A stretch of 64,000 nucleotides of DNA from Octopus sinensis (taxonomy: Eukaryota). Both the position numbers and the translations under genes were made by a program. Under the pieces are notes generated by a model. That model was not told where the DNA came from, made no database searches, and saw nothing but the letters and a program-made list of their open reading frames with translations. The DNA lies in the NCBI RefSeq assembly GCF_006345805.1, contig NC_043000.1:51212001-51276000 (forward strand), given 5' to 3'. Positions 36,763 through 47,577 of this stretch are shown here, piece by piece (the first letter of the stretch is position 1; every line of letters starts with the position of its first letter).

Positions 36763-39700
36763 ATACTTTCATGCATAGACTTTATACAAAATTATCTATA
36801 TTATACATATCTTTCAAATGAGCTTAGTGTGAGGGAATATAAATTAATTTGTTTTTAACTTTAGATTATGTTTTCATCATTCTTTATAACACATTTATTT
36901 TTATAATACCCATATATTATATAAAAATAATATATATGCATATTTTATATATCCTCTTTTATTGTCTCCAAAACCACATGCTTATATATTTTTAAATTCT
37001 TCTCTGATAGTAACAAGAGGATTACACATTTTAATTAAAAATCTCTTGCATGAAATTGGATTACATCAATGCTGTTACTGCAATTATTAACAATTCCACA
37101 TTTTATGAATTTTTTTATTTTCATTAATTATAAAATACATGTCTTCAGATATTAATGAAATGTAATTCTTTGATACCTCTCTCTACAACACTCTCTCTGC
37201 TCTCCTCTTTTTTACACACACAAACACATGTTTGTATTTCTTTCATTTCTGTAATAGTTTATCAGGCTAGTTATAGTTTTGGATTAACTTGTGAATTCTG
37301 CTTACAAAGTAGAACAATATTCTGCAGAACAAATATTAAAATAAGCTGTCAAATCTAACAATGCTATTACAAAAGTGTGATAATGCATGTAAAACTAACT
37401 CTACCTATTTACTACATTGACATCAGGCTTCACATTTGCATGAGATAGAAAGGGATATTGAATGACATTCACACTTTTAACTTAGGCATTAATGGTGTGG
37501 AATGAAATTTAACCAGAAATTCTAACCAGATCATGGTTTAAGCTTGTCAGGAATTTACCTTCTATTCTACTATTCTCTTTCTCTCCTTTTCATACCCACA
37601 CTCACGTTTTTTGTGTGTATATAACTATTTACCATATGTATATACATATACATGTAGAACACACACACATGTGAATCTGATTACTGGACTGAGCTGTTTT
37701 ACTTCCTTTACCCTTTTTTGAAAACTATTTTGAGAGCATATTTGCATTACAATGCCTATGTTTTATCTTCCAAGTTATTATTTTTTTTCTTATTATTATT
37801 TCCTGTATTATGTAGAGTAGAAAATAATATACAATATTGAAAGTGAAGACTGTATAAAATACATTCATTATTCGTGTGAGTGCATGTACACTTTCTTTTC
37901 CATATTCACTCTTTCTCTCTCTTTTGCATACACCTACATAAAACATGTTGTAGGTTTCAATATTGTTCTCAAAGCTGAGTGTCAACTGGCTGAAAATTAA
38001 ATGTTCAATATAGATCTATTCTCCATGTAAATTGAACAACCCATCACAACTGAATCACTAATTTGTTTCAGTTCCAAAATTCTAATACAAACAATTAATT
38101 GGCTTTTTATCATATTCATACTCTCATGAAGCATAAATATTGTTTAGGATATTTCGGTACTTTATTTGAAGAAAATTCTTTCTATTTGACATGACAGTTA
38201 TAACATAAAACAAGTAGTTTTTCATTGTAAGTGTGTGTTATACACCCCTGCTTGTGCAATTGCCCCCTCCCCCACCCTTTTTTGAACTTTGTATATTGTT
38301 TGAAAGTATTCCTTGTTTGAAATGAAGTACTTCTTAAGTGCTGAGATGAAGGACTGTATTCCATTTGTATGACCACATTTGATAAAAGTATTTATTATTT
38401 CTTCCTAAACAAAGTAACCTAGTAATGTTAGATATATTCATTGCAATAATCTTACCCCTAAGATATGAATGTTAATAGGTTCTACATTCTTGTATTAATG
38501 TATTCAGCTTTCCTTTAACTACATTTGTTTTTACATGTAACATCTTACAAGATGTGATGGAAAAGAAACAAAAAATGGATTGATGGGAGAAAAAATGAAA
38601 AACATTATTCTGTAATTACCAAGCATGTATCCATGTAAAAAAAGAACTGCATTTGCTTAATATGAAATGATAAACATATGTAACAGTTCTGCATGTTATG
38701 CTCTTACTTGAATAAAAGAAATGAAATAGGATGAGAAAGAATGAGTGGGTAAATAAATGAAAAATTAAAAAAATAATATAACATCATGATAGTAATTGGT
38801 ATATATATATATTCTAGTGCAATTTTCTATGAGTCTGTGAGGTTAATCTATTTCTTCAAACAATATAGCCAATGTGTATTTTCCTGTGTTCTGAAGTCAC
38901 AAGTTGTGATAAGAGACTGTAATTTGGGTGAAAGAAGATCCAGATTTGAAGAAAAGAACAAATTTCAATATGGATTTTATTAGAATGATTCTCATTACCA
39001 ACTTTCCTGAAGGAATATTTCTATTGAAATTATATCAACGGTATTTTGTATACACATTCAACAGAAGCTTCAGAAGTGGTGATAATCTTTCAAATAATTT
39101 GATTAAGCATTATCATGGTTGTCTATTTCCACACGGTATTTTAATGAGATTTTTTTTTTTACGTATTACTTAAGAATTCATTTATAATACTGTTGGTTAA
39201 CTCATCAACTCAGCACTAAATATTTTCAGTACAAAAACTACCTGACTTTATAAATGACATTAAATTCTACTCCTGAGCAATGAAAAACATTTAGTTTGTT
39301 ACTAAACAGATAATGCTATTGTTATGCTAAAAAAAGAAAACAAGCAAATTGTATATTTTTAAGTTACACCTGAGTCAACCAATATTAAGCCTTAAAAATA
39401 ATTGCTTTTAGTTAATAAATAACATTGATGTTCAGTAACACCTGACTTAGTGATATAAGTCAAACTAATACTATCTGAATATAAGATGTTCAATAATTTA
39501 CTTAGATATTCAGCTTAGAAGTAAACATCAAGGATTCTGCTTGAAAGACAAAGGTGGTTTGCTAAAAATATTTGGCTTAATTGTATAGTATTACACCAAC
39601 TTACTTGTACTTATATTTGGAAACCTAGTTACATGGACACATATGATTTCACTGAATTTTACACTTAACTGAGAAAGACAATTCTGATAATGTGCCAAGA

Positions 39701-42382
39701 CAGAAAGTGATATATCTGCAAAAAATGAAGTATTACATAATGCTTGCACAGTTGAACACCTTCATAGTTATTGAGTATAAAAAAAAAAACCAATATTCTT
39801 TTAAATTAAAATAATTCCCAATCATTTCAATAATGTAGTGGAAGACTATGAAGAAGTGGGGAAAGAAATGATATCTTTCAAGAGGAAGGCTCAGATTCAT
39901 TGCTAATAAATGAAGTATAATTCTTTCAGTCATTGAGCAGATTTTAATATAATGGAAAACAGCTGACAGAATGTTAGAGGATCAAAGGTTTATTACAGTT
40001 TAGTGTTCATAACTGAAATCTTAATGTCAAATATATTGTCTATAATGATATTGATATTTATAGAAGATAAGGTAGTTACTAGAAATCTAGAATGTTTGAA
40101 TCCTGAAATAGTGTATCTTTTAGGACAGTTCCACTATTGGAAGAATATTTAATAGAAGCTGATTAATAATAATAAAAAAAAAACAAACAAACAAACTGTT
40201 GTTATATTATAGCCTAAGATGGACCTTCTGAGAAAGGTTTGGGAGATAGAAACTCTGCAGAAGCCTATCTTACATGTATATATTTGTCTATGTGTATGTC
40301 TGTGTCCATAGCTGTATATATGTTTAATCAAATCTGAAAGCCAGTGTTGCTCATGTTCTATCTCTTTCTATCCATATAGAGCTGGATCTGAGTGACTAAA
40401 TGCTCCTCCCCACATGAAGAAATAAAAGAAAAGAATGTAGTTTCTTTTGGTAATATTAATTTTGAAAATAGTAAAATCTTAGGGGCAAAAACCCCTCTCA
40501 AAAATGAATCCTTCTTCCTGATTTGATTTTCATCCATAAATCATGCTAATGTTGAAAATTTTTAAATGGAATTCAAAATCTGAGATTTGAAACTTAACTA
40601 AATGACCATCAATCAATCACTCAAATATGCTCAAATAATTTATAGGTAGGTTTCATAGTAGCTCAGATAATTCTATCATTTGTTCATTAATAGGCTGATC
40701 AAATGAGATTTAAAAATGCCATCATCTAGAAACCTTATGGTGTGAAGCGACCATAAGATAAAATCAATACATTCTAAATTATTAACACATTAAGATGTTT
40801 CCTTGTTTGAAAGCTGTATCTCACTCACAGACCACCATGCAAAAGATTAAATTGAACTTAATACGTAGTGGATAACTTTTTATCAGCCTCTGCTCTGCTT
40901 TGTTACTCTGCATCATAGAAAAGAACTATCTTTACTCTTAGCATTCAAGCAACTGTAAACCAGTCAATTATTTTCTCATACTTTCAATAATCTATCATTT
41001 CCAAAACTCTAGCACCAATAATTAGTGCAAGTGTCATGGTGTTTTCATTTTTGTTGTGGAATGCTTCCTAAGATTGCCTGACAAAATTGATATGTATCTA
41101 GCTCTGTTAAATTCTGATAGTGTATTTGGAGACGTACAAACAAAATAGGATGACTTACATTCAGTTGATAATAGTTCTGGGTTCAAATTCTGCCCAAAAC
41201 TACTATGCTTATTCTTTTTGGATGTGATAGAATATGATAGCCAGTCACACAGGAAGACATGTAGTTCAATGAGTGACCATACAACAAAACAATATGCTAG
41301 AAAATCAGTCACACAAGGGTTACTAGGTCTTTCTGACAATTTTCTTCTTGATCCATTGATATTTTATATCTATGACATATATCACATCAAAGTTATTTAT
41401 CTGAATATTCTACACTACATCAATGATACACAATGTTGCAATAACCTTGAGATAGCAATGTTTTCTAGTGTAAATTTACCATTTACCTTTCACAGATAAT
41501 AAAAATGAAAGAGGTGACGAATTTATTATCTTGAATGGGAATTCATCTAAAAACTTTGTTATATTTAATATTTTCATAATTATCATTTTCTTTCATTCAC
41601 ATCTTTGTATTCAAGCTCATATATACTCATCTGGAAGTTAACACATCTATCTGTGTGTGTGTTTGTGTGTGTGTGTGTATTTATCTGTCTGTCTATCTTT
41701 CTATCAATTGAGAAAGAGAAAGAAAGGGAGAGAGCTTATACAGACACGTTTTTATTGCATATTGCATTCTTAAAATTTTATATTTTGCCTAGTGACACAC
41801 ATAAACATACACGCAAATACGAAGAATTGAATTCTCATGAAATTCTTTGCAAAACCACTTGTAAAGTAGTATAATATTGTGTGTGTGTGTGGTGTGTGTG
41901 TGTGTGTGTGTGTGTGTGCACACGTGCACATGTATGTGTGTGAAAGGAGACCTGAATCATAATATTTGGCCTTGTTGTAAGAAGGTGATAAACAAATAAA
42001 CATCAGGTGTCACTACTTTGCAATATATAGTTACTATGAACACATGATTAACTTTATCTATCTATCTATCTCCCTCTCTCTCTCGTTCTCTATATATGTG
42101 TGTGTGTGAGCATGTGTGTATTATATATATATATATACAAATCACACTGCAGCAAAATATTATTGTCACTGCTTTAGCAATTAAGGGTAATAGAAGCGAA
42201 AGTAGATTGTATCAAATCTAAGTGCTGAAAATAATACACTAATGGGATGTAAGTGTAATTTCATGTGTTCACAAAATTACAAAATACTTAAATATCATAA
42301 GTTGACTTCTAGTTTAAACTAGGTAAGTTTAAACCACAATAATTAACATATTGGTCTTTAATAAACTATATCTGTCGTTTAT

Positions 42383-43255
42383 CTTTTACTTATTTCAGTC
42401 ATTAAATTGCGGCCATGCTGTGGCATCCCAATACTTGAGTTTTTTTATGTCGTGTATGCATTCTATCATCACTCATTTTTGCTAAAACACTAAGTTATAG
42501 GTGATGTAAATAAACCAACACCAGTTATCAAGCAATGGAGAGGGGACAAACTGAGATACCAAAATACATCATCATCATCATCATCATTTAACGTCCATTC
42601 TCCATGCTAGCATGGGTTGGATGGTTCGACTGGGGATCTGGGAAGCCAGGAGGCTGCATCAGGCTCCAGTCTGATCTGGCAGTGTTTCTACAGCTGGATG
42701 CCCTTCCTAACACCAACCACTCTGTGAGTGTAGTGGGTGCTTTTTACATGCCAGGCGAGGCTGGCAATGGCCATGATCGGATTGGTGCATTTTACGTGCC
42801 ACTGGCACAGAAGCCAGTCAAGGCAGCGCTGGCATCGGCTACGATTCGGATGGTGCTTTTTACGTGCCACCGGCACGGAAGCCATTCTAGGCAGCGCTGC
42901 CATCGACCACGTTCAGATGGTGCTTTTTACATGCCACCGGCACAGGGATTACAACTGCAGTTTCCATTGATTTTGATGTTGGTGTACTTGACTCAATGGA
43001 TCTCCTCAAGCACAGGGTCAAAATGGTGCTTCTTCACTTGCCACCTGAACAGGAGTCAGTCCGCACAGTTATAAACACATACGCTCACATATGCATGATG
43101 AGTTTCCACACAGATTTCTTAAAACAAATTCACTTACAAAGCATTGGTGAGCCTGGAGCTATAGAAGAAAAATGGTAGTTGCCCAAGTTTGCAAGGAGTA
43201 GGAATCGTACCCAAACTACATAGTTGCAAAGCAAGCTTCTTAACCGACAAGCCAA
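42383..43255 (-). mobile_element. Old family-A SINE split by a family-C insertion (halves 42383-42566 and ~43069-43255)
   Basis: The 3' half (TTTCAGTCATTAAATTGCGGCCATGCTG...GGGGACAAA) and the 5' half (TTGCCCAAG...GCAAGCTTCTTAACC) flank the 42567-43068 element. Confidence 0.65.
42567..43068 (-). mobile_element. Family-C retroposon ((GAT)n tail, GGAAGGGCATCCAGCTGTAGAAAC motif) with an internal ~67-bp tandem array
   Basis: (CAT)n-TTAACGTCC...CCATGCTAGCATGGGTTGG...GGATGCCCTTCCTAAC; repeat units GGTGC.TTTTAC.TGCC at 42736, 42784, 42852, 42919 and 43025. Confidence 0.8.
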
Positions 43256-44033
43256 ATATGACAACACCTTAATAATCCAGCATCAACAAGTTTTTAACTA
43301 ATTACACCTATGATCATTGTAAATGATGAGTGTGTGTGTGTGTGTTGCATATGCGTTGACCATAATTAATGTATATTCATATAATGCCTTACTAACGTTA
43401 ATCAACTGATTTCTCTCTTCCCCCCTCTCTCTCTCCCTCTCTTTCTCCCTCCCTCCCTATATATATGTACATATAGTTATGAATGTGACTCTATGTGTAT
43501 GTCTATATATATAGATGTACTTAGATGCATATGCATGTATATATATATGTGTGTGTGTATATGTATGTATGTATGTATGTATGCATGCATGTATGTATGC
43601 GTGTGTAAAAGTGCATATAAATATGAATTGTTTGCACATTAAACAGAAAATCTATGTGAGTGTGGTTCACTTGGTCAGTCAGATTTCCTTGTCATAAATC
43701 TGTCACTGATTGACAATTGTACAAAGTGCAGATATAAATATGTTTAGTCTAGTTTTACAGATTTAAGGCATTATTCATCTTCCATAGTAATACAATCTAC
43801 AACTAGCTTATACCTGAGAAAATTGCTAAGGTGTCTTTAATATTCTCTGGAAACATATTTTTCGTATTTTATTTGATAAAAGTTTTTTTTTTCTGTTATA
43901 TAAGGAAAGCTGCTGAACTGCATTCTGAAATGAACTCTGATTATGTAGAGATAGAATAAGTATATCTTTCTCTTTCTCTCTTTATTAGTTTCAGCTCAAA
44001 AGCTACAATCATGCTGGGGCACTGTCATTAGCT

Positions 44034-44345
44034 TTTGTTGTTGTTTGTTCCTTCTCGAGCCATGCCTGTCTCCTAAGGTCTGGTTTCCTGGTTTCTTGGT
44101 GAATAGGTACCCCACTTGGATGGGACGCCAGTCTGTCGCAAGTGAGCTGCAAGATGCAGAAGGAAAGAGTGAGAGAAAGTTATGGTGAAAGAGTCAGCAG
44201 AAGTTTCACAATTACCTTCTACCTGAGCCACGTGGAGCTTAGGTGTTTTGCTCATAAACACACACATCGCCTAGTCTGAAATTCGAACCCGCGATCCCTT
44301 GACCACGAGTCCACTGCTCTAACCACTAGGCCATGTGCCTCCAAT
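44034..44345 (-). mobile_element. Full-length tRNA-derived SINE (OK-like; contains a KpnI site) with (CAA)n tail and 13-bp TSD
   Basis: Minus-strand A box TGGCCTAGTGG and B box GGTTCGAAT; GGTACC at 44106-11; TSD ACTGTCATTAGCT (44021-33) / ACTGCCATTAGCT (44346-58). Confidence 0.85.
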
Positions 44346-44369
44346 ACTGCCATTAGCTCTGCTACACTT

Positions 44370-44765
44370 TCACAACTTAAAATCTCCACTGATAGTTGGC
44401 ATTTGGTGAATGAGGGAGTTTGATGTTGCTTTCTTCATCTGCATTTCTTGCTGCAAGGCAGTTTCATCTGGGACTCTTGACAGGAGGAGATCTAGTTTTG
44501 TTATGAAGACACCTACATCCACTCCATGTAGGTGTTTGAGGCTTTTTTGTGGGAGGATATTGAAGAGCTGAGGACTCTTGAAACCCAAGCTGTTGCAGTA
44601 TGTAGTCCTGTATCCTGATGGCTATGTTGAGATCTTTGGTACTATGCAGTAATACCTCATTCAGCTGTTTGTGTAACTTCCAATGCCAAAGTTTGTTACA
44701 AGTTCCTCTAAGGTTTTCCGGATGTATATCACTGTATCTCTTTCCTGTATTCATTGTAGAGAGAG
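44370..44765 (-). mobile_element. 3' fragment of a CR1-group LINE ORF2 (C-terminal post-RT region)
   Basis: Minus-strand translation ERDTVIYIRKTLEELVTNFGIGSYTNS*...CIVPK...YCNSLGFKSPQLFNILP...LHGVDVGVFITKLDLLLSRVPDE...ATSNSLIHQ matches the GP.LFN.LP / FK..LD..L..VPD / SNSL..Q terminus of invertebrate CR1-type LINEs. Confidence 0.75.
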
Positions 44766-45304
44766 AGTAGAGTGTTTCAAGTTTTGTTGTTAATTTTACA
44801 CTGTGTGGTTACTATAGTTGGGAGCAGTAATCTAAATGGCTGAGGACAAATGTCCTCCAGAAGACCACCATTGTTTCTTGTTCTCTCATTCTGAAAGTTC
44901 TAAAGGTCTATCAAGCCAAATTTGTGCATTTTATTTCCTGCTTAGTAATATGCACCCGAAAATATGCATCCTTTCTCTTATCAGTGCCCAGGTCCTGCCC
45001 TGATTTTGATTCAAAGATTGCAAGAGAGATTGTTATTGAGATTATATAATTCAGCTTTACAATCACCACTGAAATGCATGTAAGAATAACAAATAATTTC
45101 AGAACCATCTCACCCTCCCTCTCTCTCTCTCTCTCTCTTTATTTATGCATGTACACTGTGATTTTTGTTACTACAGAGGGAAGTTGAAAGAAAATTGAAT
45201 TAGATTTGCTACACTTTCACAACTTTCTTTTTAGATGCATTATTAAACAGATGGAGTTCTGAATACTGTTTGTTGAATTTTGTGCTTCATAACTCACATT
45301 ATGC

Positions 45305-45323
45305 AAATACATACATATATGTG

Positions 45324-45373
<50 letters not shown>

Positions 45374-45389
45374 TATATATATATATATA
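45305..45389. repeat. (TA)n microsatellite
   Basis: Directly visible. Confidence 0.95.
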
Positions 45390-45570
45390 GTTGAAATTTA
45401 CAGAAAAACAATAGACGAAGACAGGTGTATAAATAACAAGCAGGTGTATTAGTTTGATGCTTGGGAAGGTGATAAAGTCTATGTTTCGAGCCTACACTCT
45501 TTAACACAAAGGAACACGAGGAATTAAACAGAGAAGGAATAAAAAACTTGTGGATTTAGTGGTCAATCAT
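45390..45570 (-). mobile_element. Penelope-type terminal repeat fragment in a (TA)n tract with a vestigial hammerhead-like hairpin
   Basis: Minus strand GAGT-GTAG-GCTC-GAAAC (45499-45483) without a CUGANGA core; flanked by microsatellites. Confidence 0.4.
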
Positions 45571-47189
45571 ATATCTGTGTGTGTGTGTGTGTGTGTAACA
45601 TATAATTCTATTAAATTAGATAAATATATATGTGTTTGATAAATATATTATATATCACACATGACCCAAGTATCACACACTGACACTTGGGGCTTGTGCT
45701 CTCTACTAAATTCCCTTCTTTGAACTCATAAATTCCCGATTCTGCTGTACCGTACAATTCCAAAAGTGCCTCCACTGAGAGAAAAGAGGAGGAGGGTGTT
45801 GTAGATTTCAACCTAAATCCAAATTAGCTGGCCTACTATGAGCACCATATGATGACAACAAGAACTATTGACTATTTGCTTGTTATTCCAAGAGTGAACT
45901 GCATATATTTCCTCCTCTTCCTACTTACACTCCTGGGATCCACTTCCCTTTCATCATGCATTCTCATTGTCATCTCTTAACACCTTATTTTCCACAGAAT
46001 GCTTCTTACTTGCTCTTTCCCTTTCCTCTGCGTCTTCTTGCAAGTGACAGCCTTTCCACTCATTACTTCTGCTTGTCTCTCACCATTTCCAGCTTCATGT
46101 AACCCCGGCTCTGTCCCTCAGCCTATTCATCTCCCTTGCAGTCTACTCCCATATCCATCCATCCATCCAAGAATATTCTTATTTTAGGGAAGTTTAGAAA
46201 GATATACAAAATTTAGCACTTATGTAATCCTTCCATTTGATGAAGGATATAAGTGCTGAACATACAAATAAATTTTACAATGAAATCATTTGAATTTCTC
46301 TTGTTCTTACTAAAAGCAGAACATATTGTAGTATTTTTCATTCTTGACATGCTCAGCATAGGTATTCGTTACTCAAGAACCGATAAAAGGCAAAATTCAA
46401 CAGATTTTCATTCTACTCAGGTTCCTTTATAGCTAGTACATTAGATAACCAATCACCATAAAAATATTATAGATATTTCAGATTTTCTTTCACAATACTT
46501 ACATATAATGACTTAAACTTTATCACTTTAATGCAAATTAATGAAACCCTTGAGAAATTTTATGCAAAATATATTGGATTTTCATCTTTCACATTATATA
46601 TCATGCAAGAAGAATAAGGGATTGTTGTTGAATATTCATACATGCCATTTCCCTTGTAGAAAATATCTGTAACATTTACGTTCTAAATCATAGCATATTT
46701 CAGCTTCCACTAACCTGTGACATATAATTCCAGAATATTGCAATAAATTTTGAATTTATGTAGAATCTGCTCTCCTGAACACTAGAGATTACTTTTAAAT
46801 TATTGCACTTTGTTGATTTCTGGATTAAAGGCTTGGATTAATAATATATAATTACTTGTAAATATTATATCATGTTCCTTTGAAATCCAAGCAAATGTTT
46901 CATTCTTCCTTTCTTATTTAACATCTTTTTATGAAGATGATTGAATCATTTACTTAATGTTGACTTTTAAACCATCAGCCTCTATTTCACTTCTTCTCTT
47001 TTGGCCATATGTAGGAGGACTTGTAGACATTATTGCAAACTCATGAAGCATTCAGTTATGCTGCCATTACACTTACAACTGTGGCAGGATTTTAACTTGC
47101 AGACCAGAGTACTAAACTACTTGAGAATTAAGTTGAAATTCATTTACGGCTTGTAAGTTAGACAATCCGAGTTTTAGCTCTATAAATAA

Positions 47190-47577
47190 TCTATATATAA
47201 AGCTGAAGTTGTCTGTGTGTGGCAGGTTTGGTAGCCTTCAGCTAACACTATCTCCTCTGAGACCCTGCGGCACAAGTTGTCCAAAATTGAGAGTATGATA
47301 GAAGAAGGCTTGCTCTTCATTCCATAGGAGATACAATTCAAATCAGACCATGTTAAGACCAAAAATTATTTACATTAAAAAGGTGCTTTTTCTCCATGAA
47401 AATCCCTATATTTTACGATTTTTTTACTTCTGTGTCACCATTTTTCGGTGTATTTCAACCAGAAAAATGTTCACTTACAGAAAATTACAAGCTACATAAT
47501 GCAAAATTTTTACTTTTCAAAAATTCCAATTCTAAAAGGTTGAAACAAACCTGAGCAATGCCAGGCGATACTGCTAC
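47190..47577 (+). mobile_element. Non-autonomous Helitron
   Basis: Begins A|TCTATATATAAAGCTGAAGTTGTCTG (5' TC). Ends with subterminal hairpin CCTG-AGCAATGC-CAGG (47550-65), then CGATACTG and CTAC|T (a CTAG variant). Inserted between A and T with no TSD. Confidence 0.75.

Noticed and set aside
38928-39173. ORF containing TNFP...YTF, resembling the missing first half of the CUB domain
   Set aside because: Lacks the conserved cysteines and spacing, and has no suitable splice sites.
42604-43074. 156-aa ORF, the longest in the track
   Set aside because: It is the antisense reading of the family-C retroposon and its tandem array; the peptide repeats mirror the DNA units.
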